Below, piece by piece: positions 1 to 12,896 of a DNA stretch of 64,000 nucleotides. The stretch comes from Macrostomum lignano (taxonomy: Eukaryota), in NCBI GenBank assembly GCA_002269645.1, contig NIVC01000685.1, forward strand, positions 31,190-95,189, read 5' to 3'. The notes beneath the pieces were generated by a model that did no database searches, was not told the origin of the DNA, and worked only from the letters and a program-made list of their open reading frames with translations. The first letter of the stretch is position 1. Each line of letters starts with the position of its first letter. Made by a program: the position numbers and the translations under genes.

Positions 1-1
1 T

Positions 2-3000
2 GGCTGCATCACCAAAGGATCGTACGGTCTGCTCGAAATTCCTGCTGGAGAATGCGGTCCAGTGTACTTCAAAAATAGATCTAGACGAACTTCGGGCAAA
101 GCCAGAATTGATAATCTACTACTTTATACAAGAAACGATGCAAAAAACTTGCCAGAAGAAGAGTGGGACCAATCGATGCGAGAGCGCGTATTCAGTCAGT
201 TCAAGCAGCGTTTCGATGCCAAAGCGCTGTATTTCGTTAGGAATAAATTGGAAACGGCAATGAAATCTTTCCGAGTGCTTATTTTAACAAAGTTTTCCGG
301 TGTGACCAGTCCTGCCGACAAAGAAAAACTGTCTAGAGCTCTTGGTCGCGGCAAATGGGAGATAATAATCGATTTCGATCACGAAAGTCGAAAACCAGGT
401 GGTCATTGTGCATTGATAGAAGAAGAAATGAACAAACAAGGTCGACTTTACTCATTGAAGGCTTGCACAGAGCTCTCAGAAAAAATAGACATAAGCGACT
501 TGGAAGAGTGCCAACGAGGTGACCGAACAATTTACATTCAAGCCAATGGCTGCACAGAGCGTTCTATTTCTGTGCCTAAAAATCCTGCAAAGGTAAAAAA
601 GCTGATCCGTTCAAATGCCTTGGAGCCGGTTTTTGAAAGGAACGTGACCCCAAAGCCAGTCCTGTGTCTCGCACTATTCATCACGGCCACTGCAGACGAA
701 TTCCTATCATCGGCAGTCAGACCCGATATTATACCTGGCCTACTGAAGGACGCCTATGAGTCTGAGTCTGGTAGCTCGGAAGAGTTTCAACTAATCACTC
801 TATACACTAATGAAGCGGTGAAGAATAGTTTAAAGAATATGCATGGCTCTGAGTCCTATGTCGCACCAGACAATCAAATAGGCTACATGCTAAACGACCT
901 AAGCCCATCGGGATGTCGGCAACAAGATTATGAACTGCCGGGCGTCTCTGGCGTATTCAACGTTACACGCGAGACCTTCGCTTGCTACAAACCGTACCTT
1001 CGACTGTATCACATCAGAGCTGGTGAAAAAGGTTACTTAAATTTGGACGAAAAGCAAAGAGAGAGTAGGGCTGTTGAGCTTATTCGTGAGTTTCTAGCTG
1101 GTAGCGAACTTTCAAGAGAAATGCTCTACTTTAACGAACAGCTGGAATACAAAAATTCAAACAAAAGAGTTTATGTTAAGCGCAGAGAAATTGAAAGACT
1201 AAAAAACCGGGTGAAAAACGCCCTGGATCATTGCAAGGATCGCAATGCTGCAAACGTAAGTGTCCTCGAAAACCAAATCGTCCGTTTTCCGCATGATCCG
1301 CTCTCAGGAGCAACGACCATTGCTCGAGTCGTCTTGTGGCAGTTGCGTCAAGAATATCCCTGTCTGGAGGTAAATTCTATGTGCACCAGTAAGCTAAAGG
1401 AAATTATTGAGGCTGTTCGTTTGATTTTCAAGGCATCAGGACTTCCTGTACTCATACTGTTTGACTCGCATACCGCTGACTTCATCACGGTCCAAACGTT
1501 TGTCAGTGAGTTAAGACTGCTTACACCAAGCCCACAATTTGTTGCCTTATTTGCTGAACAGGTGGCTCCTAGTGGTCTTGACTCGTTTCGTCAGCCATCA
1601 AATTCCCGAGTTCTAGTGCTCACTATGGAGCTTGGCGATGAAGAAACTGAAGCATTCACTGCTATTTATGACAGCGTAGGAGGCGATGTTCATTTTGAAA
1701 AGTTTGCTACCGAAGTTGGTGACGAGACCGAATGCACACCGTTCCTTTTCGGCGTGTGGTATTTCAAGAGAGACTATCGCAGAATCAAAGAATTTGTCGA
1801 GCTCCTTCTCACCGACATTGATGATAGTAAGAAAAAACTGCTGTTTGTTGCGTCTATGGTTCAGCGCTTTACTCATGCACCGCTTGACCTCGCCATCGCT
1901 GCTCACTGTGTTGGACTTGGACTATCACCTGCGCAAGGCGATCCCAGCAGGACTCTGGCTATCCTCGGCAAGCAGAGACACTTGTTGACAGTGCAAAAGC
2001 ACACACGAGTCTTTGGGTTTGCGCCTGTATTTGTTGTCGGAAATTTCATTCTGGAGTACCTATTCCGAGAGATTGCTGATGAGGAAAAAGAAACTAAAGA
2101 GTTCGGAGCGTTTATCGACGACATTTGCGGCATGGCAGAATGTCCTCAGCTCCTGCCTTGTCTACAAAAACTTGTTCAAGACCTTATTACTTGTGACAAG
2201 CGCCTGTTAGATCCACGCAAATTGTTTACTGATTTTATAATGTCGATCTCGAATCTCTGCACCTCAAAAAACCAACTTTCCTGGACTGAGGTTGAAGATG
2301 TTTTCATTAGGCTTGCAAAAACATTTTCCGAGAAACGACCTCATATTTTGATTTACTGCGCTCGCCTATTTTCATACGGGCCGCATGACTACGAAAAGTC
2401 TCTTGAACTAGTTCGAAAAGCTCTTGACTTGAAAGATGACGAAGGATTTATATACACCCAGTGCAATGACGATGTGGTGTTAGGCTTATCCGCACATCTT
2501 ATTAACTGCCGCCTAAATTCAGGGAAGCCATTGCCGTTTTAAGAGCTGGAACGACTTGCCTGTGAAAGCATAGATCTGTGTCACAAAGCGCAAAATAAAA
2601 GACGCAGCTTAAAATTCAACGACGGAGAATTCCGGGCGCATCCGTACTGCAACGAGATTCAAGCTCAACGCGTCCTGTTAAACAAGTTTTTCTCTGAAGT
2701 TTGCGATGGCAAGACGGAAGCATATTTCAGTAAGCTTCGGCAATCCGAGTACGAGACAGTTCTGCGTACGCATGAGACAATTCTACAAAATATCTTTAAG
2801 CTGGAAGACATGTACGAGGATGGCAGAGTACGCCAGGATACTTTTACACAAAAGCAGATGCTGAAAATCAGAGAAACTAAGATGGAATTCATCAAGCGGT
2901 GCTACCCCAGTGCAGAGAAAACGGAATTTAGTACTTTCCCATTTGCGTGGGTGGCTGTCGAGTATTACCTGCGTGATTGTAAATCTGTCAATCAACCAAC

Positions 3001-3733
3001 TGCTGAATTTGAAGCTGACGACTTTTCAGCTGACCAATACGTTTGCTTTTTCGGCCGCTGGGATCGAGGATGGGAGATTCGGCATTTGAGTCGAGATACA
3101 AAGGAAAAGCTTCTCAATATTTTGGAGAGTTGTAAGTCTAAGCTCGCTAAGAACTACTTTGAACTGTGCATCATTTTAATCACATTTAAGCCACCAAATG
3201 CACTCGATCGGGCTCTGAAAGTTTCTCAAGAATGGTGCAGAAAGCACGAGTCCGATTTTCTAGCGCATTTTATGCACGGAGCTTTTCTACTAGTGAAAGC
3301 TATAACTACAGAGAATAATGAAGTCCTGCGGCTGGCTAAAAACTCGTTGGATGCGTGCAACAAGGCAACGATTCTGCAGTCTACACCCGATGGCGTGTTC
3401 AAACGGCGATACGGGTCCACGCGACCCAGGTTCATAATCCGTCAGCAGACCAAAAGCGTAGTCGATATGCTCGGTTTCTTTCCAAGAAAGCAGCAGCACG
3501 GAGAACAGAAAGGCAACTTGCGTTGGCGGCTAGGGGCTTATTTGTTCAATGGAAGCCTCGAAGAAAACAGTGAACTTCGGTGCCGTGATCGAATTCTCGC
3601 TAGTTGGCGGTTTCCCGTGCCGCCAAAGTCGGTTTCGGAGGAAATGATGAAGAAAAAGTTGTTGGTTTCGTTCTTGTTAACACTTTCGTTTGTTGGCCCA
3701 GTCCCAATAGACATCCATAGAGCATCCATGTAG
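2..3733 (+). CDS. SAMD9: SAMD9/SAMD9L-family protein (SIR2-like, STAND NTPase, TPR and OB-fold regions), 5'-partial, interrupted by one in-frame TAA at 2540-2542
   Basis: The frame is open from the window start. ORFs 62-2542 and 2810-3733 are in the same frame, and 2543-2809 reads without stops (ELERLACESIDLCHKAQ...). Motifs match recalled SAMD9 motifs in the correct order: KWEIIIDFDHES (cf. KWFAVLEFDPES), VKRREIERL (VKRDKYERL), HDPLSGATTIARVVLWQLR (HHPGCGGTTLAMHILWELR), PVLILFD (PVLLLVDD), and C-terminal VSFLLTLSFVGPVPIDI (VSFYLGFSIGGPLAYDI). Confidence 0.88.
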
Positions 3734-6197
3734 CTCCCATAATTCCCGCAACAAGAAGCATTTAGTCGAGTTCCATTTTCCGCAGTTTTAGTCGATGACT
3801 TTTACTCGTAGTTAGCGGCTAAACTGTTTATCGCTAATTTAGGCTTCTTCTTCGATAGAACTTTGGTAGAAATCTCCATTGGCAGCATCTATTGATTGCG
3901 TGGTTTCTTTAAAGTCAGGGTCACGAAAGAAGCCACAGATGGTTGTTAACTGCTGGTATTGGCCATACGAATTGTAGTCCTGCGGCTATCGAGACAATCG
4001 AACCAACCGAATAACGTTCTCCCATTTTGTTTGCAAACTTCGTAAAAAAACGTGGCAACAGGTCCCGTAGCTGATCATGATTCAATTCATCTACCGGATC
4101 GTTGGAAGGTGGGGGAATCTGGCTGTGATCCATCAAGTGAAAACATTACTAGCCGACTTGTCTCTTAAATGTCTTCCATGACTTTGGTTTGGTCAGACAA
4201 ATCGGCTGGTATGAGACACTCCGGATACCTCTGAGGTAGTAGCTTAGGTGCTATAGTCCCTTGAAGCAATTGACAAGACCGAAAAACATGATAGTGACGA
4301 AGGTCTTCTGCAGTCAAAACGGCGTCGATATGATCAGTTTGATGCGACCGATTTGGATCAAAATCGCTGATGAAGTTATAAGTTGTGTAGTGTAGGAGTC
4401 GATTAATTATTATTTAAATAATTATTTGCACGTATCCAAAACTGATACAGAGAGTTAATCACGCAACTCGATCATTCATCTGCTCTTCTTGTAAAAATAT
4501 TTACAAAAACAAATTAAATTAAGACAAGAAATTAACAAGGCTCACCGGAATACTTATGGGGGCTACAAAAGCTCTACGTATATGAGTGCAAAGAAAGCTA
4601 AGTCTTTCTGAGCACTGTAAGCTTAATGAGCTGCATGTATTTTAAGCTTAAAATTATTTTTTTTAAATCGAACGTTTGTTTTAATTGATCAATTTTTATC
4701 TTAATGAGTTTGACATATTAATCATGTACAACACATGTGAAAGTTTATTTTTGATTTTAGAGGAGATTCTACTGTTATGCTAAAATTTTATGCAAGCTTT
4801 ATTTTGTCTGTAGTTGCAGTCATGCTGATTTTCAAATAATTCCATTATCGAAAGCAGCAAAATTAAAAATTATATTTGAATATTTTACGAGCAACATTCG
4901 ACACCCTGTTTTTTAATTCATCGTGTTTTAATTCTTAATTCGCTGTATAATGTTAAGCTTTACAATGGTGCAGCAGAAAAAATTAGCAATATACTAAGTG
5001 TCATCGATCAACTCTTATCAGCAATTACTTAATTATAGATTATTGCTCAATATTAATCTTCGATATTTCTTAAGAATTTATTACTCGTTCTTCTACATGT
5101 ACTTAACAAAAGCATGCTAATTTCGACTCGCGATAATTGTTATAATGTACTTAGTTAATAATGGCGCCTGTAATAAACTTTGACTCACGGTGTCAATTTT
5201 TATGCGATAATTATTTTACTCCTGTTTAAATTTTTATCCAGTGCCATGAATTTTTTTAATATAAAAACTGTGTATTTTCGGTTGAGTTTTTTGTTTCAAA
5301 GTGCCACTGTGTCCGCCATTGTTTTACTTAATAAAGTAGCAGTTTAGAATGAAAATATATTTGATAAATCTGGCGCCAGGTTTAAAAAATAATTCAAATT
5401 TATAATATAGCGTATATTTTACTTATTTTTGAAATATATTAATGCGTGCAAATTGAGTTCTCTACGCTTTTTATTTCTCTTTTGCAAATAAGCCCCTTGC
5501 AGCACCAAAATGAATGCAAGGCTGCGACACAATGAAGGGCCTGCGGTGCAAAACTTATAGTGCCTGTGCGGTCCCTAAACGACACCAATTCCAAATTAAA
5601 AGCTAGGTACTAGGTAATTTAGGAATTTGATCATGCAGAGTTCTTAATGCGCGAACTAACTGTACACGTAAAATCAATGGCGACACCTCTAAGACTCAGC
5701 GTTTTTAAATCAGCGCTAAAACTCAACGACTGGACAGACAAAAAGAAGCTGGACGCTTCACTAGTAGCTATATTAGTATTCTATTCTGCAAGCGGGCCTT
5801 CAAATCTGCTTGCTGACATATAACACTACGAACGTACGTGGTGATAAATTTGAAACGAAGTCCTTTGACGCTTTGCTAGCAGAGCAAGGCGAGAAGTCTG
5901 TAATCGTTTCGATCAATACTAATGACTTCACAAGAGATCGCGCGAGGGCATCTTGGCTTATACAATCGCTGGTGGAAAGCAACTATACATGTACTGAGCG
6001 CTGTAAATTTGTCGACAACACTCGTCGGAGAGACTTGTGACCATCAGTTCAGATTTGGTCTCCATAAAAATTCGGAAATTGCTGTTCGAGAAAATCAAAG
6101 AATCTGACATGAGAGAATGAACGAGTGAAGCTTTCCAAAAAGGAGCGAAGAAGGACACGAGCGGCTCAATTAGCTGGGCTCTTCACAATAAAAACTG

Positions 6198-6357
6198 CAG
6201 TGCATGTGGGCACAAAAAGCGCTTGTACAGTGCATGTGGGCACAAAAAGCGCTTGTACAGTGCATGTGGGCACAAAAAGCGCTTGTACAGTGCATGTGGG
6301 CACAAAAAGCGCTTGTACAGTGCATGTGGGCACAAAAAGCGCTTGTACAGTGCATGT
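6198..6357. repeat. 30-bp minisatellite (tgcatgtgggcacaaaaagcgcttgtacag), 5 perfect copies plus a partial copy
   Basis: Head-to-tail identical copies start at 6201, 6231, 6261, 6291 and 6321, with no spacers. Confidence 0.97.
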
Positions 6358-8538
6358 AAATGCAATATACTCGTAATTGAGGCAAGACGGTGGGCATCTG
6401 AAATCGATATGCAATACCTCAAACCCCCAGCGCAAAGGATAGCAGGTACAACTTCCAAGGGTTCAGGTTCAAGGGTTTAAGGTGCAGGACAGGTTCGCAT
6501 CAACGGAACATGCACCTGTTTCCATAATGTTGATGGGTTTCGACCTTCCAGCCCCCTTGTGGGGAAGCCTTCGGGCCTCAGGTCTCAGAAATAAATCAAT
6601 TAGAGTCCTGGCCCCCCACTCCTGTCAGATGGTCAGCCCCATGGTAGCTTGATCGTGTGGCGAGCAGTCTAGGTCCTATAGCTAAGAGAGGGACAGCGAG
6701 AGACAAGCAGAGAGAATTTTGAAGGTAGAAATTAGTTAATCCGCAGATTAGCCAACTCGCTGCCACCAGCCCGTACGTCCTGGCTCACCACACCGGGACT
6801 CTCGAAATCGGGCTTCCGACTAGAAGGGGCTTTGCCCTTACTTGCCAACTAGTGTCTTTTTGCTGTCAATCTCGAAGTCATAGCCGATGTTAAGGGACAC
6901 TGCTGGGACTAGATCGCATTGGCCATGCAGGTACAGAGGGGACTTGTGCAGGGGATTCTTGCAGTGGCGAGTCTATGGGGTAGCTACATGTACTATTACA
7001 TTGCTAAATACGAAGAATTGTACTTTTGGCCTTCATAGCGCTGATGATAGACTAACTCGAACTTCAGAGACCGCATGGTTCATTACCCGAGCCGCTTGGC
7101 GAACCTAGAGTGCACAAAGTACATCTCTGGCGCCGATTCTGCACTACTGGCAATTTTGCTCACTGATTTGATAGATTGATTGACTGAGAACTGCCTTGCC
7201 ATTGGTCCACTGTGACCGGCGCCTACTAGCTTAGCTACTCATCTGAGCCATCGGCGAACAAAGAAATAAAACCGTTAAAAATAACTGTTAGATTTATAAC
7301 CTTCTCCTTAGATCACTTCACACTTCAGATTGAATTGGAGTTTAGACTACTAGCAGTATTATTGAGTGACTTCTGCCTCAGCAACAGCACTATTGAACAA
7401 AATGAGCAAAAGTGTGCGCCTAATCCAGCTACTGAAACAGGGGACAGATAGGGAATCACCCAATCAAGCAAGTCTAGATAGCCTCTTACCCAACCAATCA
7501 GAAACTCAACAGCCGGAGACCAGGAAATCCACAGTGACCGAATCGGCTTGATGCTTCGCAGCTGTAGACTCGGGATGATGCTGTCACAATCTTCGCAGAT
7601 AGCTAGCAGGTGATGATCTTAACTTTGATGTTCGCTGCTGATGACCGGGGGACTCGTCCTTGATGATGAGGGGGGGAAGTCGCAATCCGGGGATCAAGAA
7701 ACGACGGTCGCGCTCCGGGAACCAGAAGTTGCAAGCGTGCTGGGCCCGAGCAAGTTGGAGTCCGAGTGGGCCAAAAACACAGGTTTAAATATCCGCCAAC
7801 TGGACCGCAGTTTGTTATAATGGAACACGTCGATTCTGATTGGCTGAGCCGATTTGTTAAAATGAGCGCCGAATTTTCTGATTGGCTAAGCTTGTTGCTA
7901 CCCAGAATCACGTGACCGGGAGATCCTATCAGTTCCCACAGGGTCGTAAAAAGATGACAGGTGCGGCCATAAATCAATCAAAATCGCAACAAAATGATTT
8001 ATGACTTTTCGCGTAGGATTAACAGAAATTAATGAAAAACTATACATTAGAAAGCTCTTATTAAATAGAAAGTGAAGAGAATGAAGAGAAACCGCTAATC
8101 GCTAATCCCAAAGTACTTTTAGGGGTAAAACGCATAGCTGTCAAAGCTGTCACACGCTTGAGTGAACACGAACAATAGGCTCTGACCTCATAAATCTTGA
8201 TGGCCTGTCAAAATGATGAGAAAAAAGCTGCTATTCGCATCCTCTCAGACCTTCTGGCGCCCGCTTCAACACTGAGTGAGTCGCAGGTGGCTGTCAGACC
8301 AACTTTGAAAGCGATGATTTATGATCCAAAAAGCTGCGCCTATGTTATTATGACTACTAGTATGACCAGACATTATATCTAGTATAGATTCTATGAAAAT
8401 TCGCAGAAAAAGGATAAAAATGCCCATTGCCCACTGTTAGTAGGCAAGTAAGTTTAGAGCCCATGTGCTAGCGCGGGATTTGGGAAAAAGTGCGTCCTCA
8501 TCAAAATCAATAATTTTGCAGCTGGGAGACAAAGCATA

Positions 8539-8773
8539 GTGCCTGAGGCGCTAAAATGAGTGCCTGAGGCGCTAAAATGAGTGCCTGTGGCGCTAAAATG
8601 AGTGCCTGAGGCGCTAAAATGAGTGCCTGTTGCGCTAAAATGAGTGCCTGAGGCGCTAAAATGAGTGCCTGTGGCGCTAAAATGAGTTCCTGAAGCGCTA
8701 AAATAAGTGCCCGAGGCGCTAAAATGAGTGCCCGCGGCGCTAAAATGAGTCCTGCGGCGCCAAAATGAGTGCT
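8539..8773. repeat. 21-bp minisatellite (gtgcctgaggcgctaaaatga), about 11 copies
   Basis: Period 21 is visible (8539, 8560, 8581...), with gag/gtg variants and decay at the right end. Confidence 0.95.
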
Positions 8774-10575
8774 GACAATACCTATTTTGAAAATAATTTA
8801 CATGTAGGAATTTATTCATGCACATGTACGTGTATCATTGTTGGCTTTGTCTACCCCCCTCTAAAAAATCCATGGCGACGCCCCTGTTTACATGTATAAT
8901 GTCTTTTCGATCGGATTCTTAAATTATTGTTAAATGGAATCTGCATGATATCAGCTCTCGCTATCTATATAGCGAGTTTAGCTAGCTTAATTAACTAGCT
9001 GCTCATCAGATCTTTGCTACTAGTTGGCCAATTCCATTTGACAGGAGTGGGAGGCTAGAGCGCCCAGCGATTAAGTTTTTCAGACCTAGTGCCCGCGAGA
9101 AGCTTTGTGCTTTACATATGCAACGGTAAAAAGAATTGCATGTATAAATAGTTGTTTTATTTCTAGCAAATGTCTCTAAAAACTGTAATATTCATTGCAT
9201 TCCCTAAATTAAATAAAATTAAAAAAGCAAACTAATATGCAATCCCGCTGTTTGTTTGAATTGTTTTTTTTCGCAAAATAATTTCTCTCAAAAATACTCA
9301 AGTTAAAAAGTGTATCAAAGATTACGATATAAACTTTAACAAAATGACTAGTTTTTCTTCGTAAATAGCTTTACAAAATAAACTTAAGTGCAAAAAATCT
9401 GATTGTTTGTCAATTAGGATCAATTAAGTTGGCCGAGTTAATTTAAAACTTAGAGCACTAATGTACATGTGCTCGGGCGCTGAATCGAATTTTTTCACCA
9501 CAAATAAGGTACTATCTTCTTTGAAGTACGTTATTCATAAACTACGCTACGACACGTGAGAAGTACGTAGTACATTTTTCGTTGAAGGGCTTTGTACAAT
9601 TAAATTAAAATGTACACTAAACAAAAAGCGAAGTTCCTTTTTTTGCAATGCAGATAAAATAGTTAAAAAACTTTCAAAATTCAATGTACGAGTATGCTTT
9701 GCAAATCTGCTGCACCTCGTGTTAACTAGATATGTATACTTTACTTCCTTAGTTTCAAGCATAATATGTATTGAGCTTCCAATTATCTTTTACTGCATAA
9801 TTTATAGTTGTTTATAACTACCTGACAGAATGCACAAATTATAAGAGACTGTGCCAAAATTATTTTTTACTAATACTATAATATACTAATATCATATAGC
9901 TAAATATTTATTTATTAATTAGATAGCCATCAATATGATGCATGCTATGCCATGCCTTATTTAATTGAAAAGTATATTGTTATGAAGCCAGGGGCTGATT
10001 CAGGACCTGTTTTTATTGGGAAGGACCAAAGCAAATGTCCTCCTAATTATTTATATTTTACAATATTAGGATATTTTTATCACTTTATTATTTTCATGTT
10101 GCTAATTTAATAATTTGCTACATTATCTTTAATTTAAATTTTAAATGTTAAATCATATCAGCATTCCGATTAAGACTTTGTGACCTATGGGCATCAGGCT
10201 CTATTAGATAAATAGTTCTTTTTTCTATCTAAAAGATTCTAAAGTTTAAGAAAAATGTATATTATAGTATAGAAAAAGACATAGTTAATTAGGTCAAATC
10301 ATATATTTTAAATATAATCAATTGTAATTTTCAGTTTTTTATTGATTTGTTATTATTTCTCTCTATTGTAATAAAAACATAAGGTATTGCTAAAAAAGTC
10401 TAATAAAGTTTATTATATTTTAGAAGCCAAACTTAATTTTTATTTTAACTAATAAAGCAACTGGAAATTGGCAGATTAGTTTAGTTTACTCTTGCAATAG
10501 AGTGAGTAACTAGATTTGGTTCTATGGTGTAATTACTTTAATGTATCCAAATTAATTTTTTTGTGTTGTATGCCT

Positions 10576-10629
10576 ATGTCACTTAAAGTGCACCAGGGTA
10601 CATACAACCCCTTGCCTCTAATAAAAAAA
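10576..10629 (+). mobile_element. 3'-tail fragment of the SINE family at 60673-61040
   Basis: atgtcacttaaagtgcaccagggtacatacaaccccttgcctcta matches atgtcgcttaaagtgcgccagggtgcacacagccctatgcctcta (~60994-61038) and is followed by an A-rich stretch. Confidence 0.7.
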
Positions 10630-11049
10630 GACAGGCTCTTGGACCTAATAATGTTGGAAAGGTCTGGGTTTAAGCCAAGGTAGGTGAGCCTGTCCTGAGT
10701 AAATGCAGGGAATTCACAGATAAAGTACTCTATATTCTTGATACCAGAGAGTAAGAATGGGCATTCCTTAGTATAGATTTTTGAGTTTTGCTAGGCATTG
10801 GAGGTAACAATGCCTGGCAAAACAGCCATGACCCTAAAAAGGCCATGGTCACCACCCTGAAGTCCCTGTGGTCGAGTCCAAGCAGAGCCCTGTGCAGTGT
10901 GGAGGAAGGACAGGGGACAGCTGCACAGGATTGCCAGCAGTCGGGGGCGTTAGCCCACCTCTCCCTGTGTTTTGAAGCCACCCACTGGTTGATCCGAGTG
11001 GTAACAATGGTGGTGGGGTGGGGGCCACGGGCAGGGGACCAGTAAAAGA

Positions 11050-11445
11050 ACCGGTCGAGCCAGCCTTAGCCAGGCGATCGGCCAACTCGTTGCCGGGATG
11101 GCCCGAGTGCCCGAGGATCCACCTTAGGGACAGCTTGTTGGAGGCACTTAAGCGATTGAGCTGCCCGATGCAGTCGAAGACTGTACGCGAGCAGGTGGTG
11201 GTGTGCTTAAGGTCGTGGATCGCCGCTTGACTGTCCGAGTGGAAGATAATCTCCTTCCCCCAGACGCGCTGATTGTACAGCTCTATGGCGCAGGAGCTGA
11301 TGGCGAGCACTTCGTTCTGGAAAACGGTGGAGCAGGTTCCGGTGTGCTGGGAGAAGGTCGCCACGGTTCTCCCTCCAGACACGATGCAGTAGCCGTAGCC
11401 AGAGGCGGAGTTGATTTGGGACCCATCAGTGAAGCAGTGGATTTC
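11050..11445 (-). pseudogene. Non-LTR-type RNase HI domain
   Basis: Motifs FTDGS, FQNEVLAI, FHSDSQAA and [19 protein letters not shown]. The D-E-D-D catalytic residues and the His are all present. Confidence 0.9.
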
Positions 11446-11929
11446 ACAGAGTTTCCAGTTGTCCCTAGCCTCGTGACGTGGTGGAATGCTGGTTTTGAAT
11501 TTGAGCGGGGGGCAGAGCGTGGACGGATTCCATCCGAGAGGGTCAGCAGGCCTCCCGCTGTTTCCAGGCCTGGCAGGCTGAGGTCGTCGTGCGGCCGGAG
11601 GTTCGGATTTTTGAAGGCGAATTGCTTCTGGACGGCGAGACGGCGGGTGGCCTCCCCTCTGACAGAGGTTAAAGGGGGAATGTCCAGGAAGGAGTTCATG
11701 CCAGCAAAGGGTGTAGAGGGGGCCGCGCTCAGGATAGCTCGACAAGCGCGGCCTTGCATCCTGTTGAGAGCATCAAGAACCCCTTTCTGCACCTCTAGGG
11801 CACTTTTTCAAATAAAGCCGGGGAAGGAGATGGCCAGTCTAGCAACGGCAGTGTAAATCCACCAGAGGCGGCGAGGGTTGAGGCCCCAGGTAGCGCCGAA
11901 AGCTCTGTGGATCTGCGCGACCATCCTGC

Positions 11930-12896
11930 TATCCGATAGTCCGAGGATTGCCGTGAAACCGTCTCCGGCTTGCATGGAGATGGTCTCGTGAACTATGACG
12001 CCATTGGTCGGCAGCTCAGGATTAGTTGCCACTAGAAGGCGGCGCAGCTTGTCGGCTTTGGTTATAGAACTGTGAGCCGGAATCCAGGCACGGTGCCGGT
12101 GTGTCCGGGGTCGTTCATCCTCCCTGTAGATGAACAGGTTTACAGCTCCGTATTCCAGTCGAAGGCTTTCAGCTTCAGCATCTTGAAGAGCTGCTGTCCA
12201 AACTGGCTGTAGGCGGGCTGGATGTGGAGGGCGTGGTCCTCGACTTTCGTCTTTAGGTCTTGAATGATGGTACCGCTCAAGGCCAACTTGACCCGATGGG
12301 AATACAACCTGCGCCAGATTTGGTCGAGCTGTTTGACCGAAGGAAGCGTCCCCTGGCCTGGGATGATCAGGGCCGGCTGCCATTTGGCCATAGCCGCATA
12401 GGTGCGCTTTGGCTTGGTGGTTTGGCCAACATCCTCTGCTTTGGATCCCTCCGCGGCCGTAGGAGTTTCCACACGGGCAGAAGTCCCACCACGGGAGGAG
12501 CCAGCCGCACCAGGAGCTTTGGCGGCACCTGACGCTTCCGACCGGCGCGCGGGTCCCGCGCCCCCTGTCGGATGTCGGCTCCTCCGCAGGATTCGCAGAG
12601 TTACCGGCACCCTCCTCGGAGGTGGCCGGAGGGGCGGCTTTCGCACTCCTCCGTTCCTTCGCTTTGCGCTGGAGAAAAGCTTTGTAGCGAGAAATTCTAC
12701 AGGCCTTCTTTTTAGAGGTTTTGTTGTCCTGTTGTCCTGTTGTCTAGCCAACTTCGGTATTGTCCTGAGTGGCGGCAGGGGCTGAATGAGAGTCACATGA
12801 GGCTCCGGTGTTGCGAATGTCCGGCTGGGCCGCGGTACCACCCTCGGTTGGCGCTCCAGCAGCCACGGACGCGTCGGAAGTAAATGAATACTTCAT
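11930..12896 (-). pseudogene. Frameshifted ORF1 (gag-like) remnant of the LINE
   Basis: The ATG at 12896 (MKYSFTSD...) continues through frameshifts into ORFs 12140-12841 and 11808-12383 (LRRLLVATNPEL...FTAILGL). It lies upstream of the ORF2 tail. Confidence 0.6.

Noticed and set aside
3733-4370. Coding-like composition and a 71-aa minus ORF (3921-4136) faintly resembling a SAM domain
   Set aside because: Short, with stops in all frames nearby and no convincing motif. It may be a decayed fragment but cannot be supported.
5800-6160. Short ORFs with protein-like sequence
   Set aside because: Under 80 aa with no recognisable motif.
6198-6357. 30-bp direct repeats resembling a CRISPR array
   Set aside because: Copies are head-to-tail with no spacers, there are no cas genes, and the context is eukaryotic. 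The ORFs across it are repeat shadows.
7420-7900. Cluster of CCAAT/ATTGG motifs (similar ones at 43680-43790, 51130-51240 and ~62950)
   Set aside because: Could be promoter elements or parts of a dispersed repeat. No transcript or boundary evidence allows either call.
8850-10020. Possible MITE ends (gacgcccctg at ~8885; caggggctgattcagg at ~9990)
   Set aside because: They face away from each other, and no matching partner TIR or TSD was found for either.
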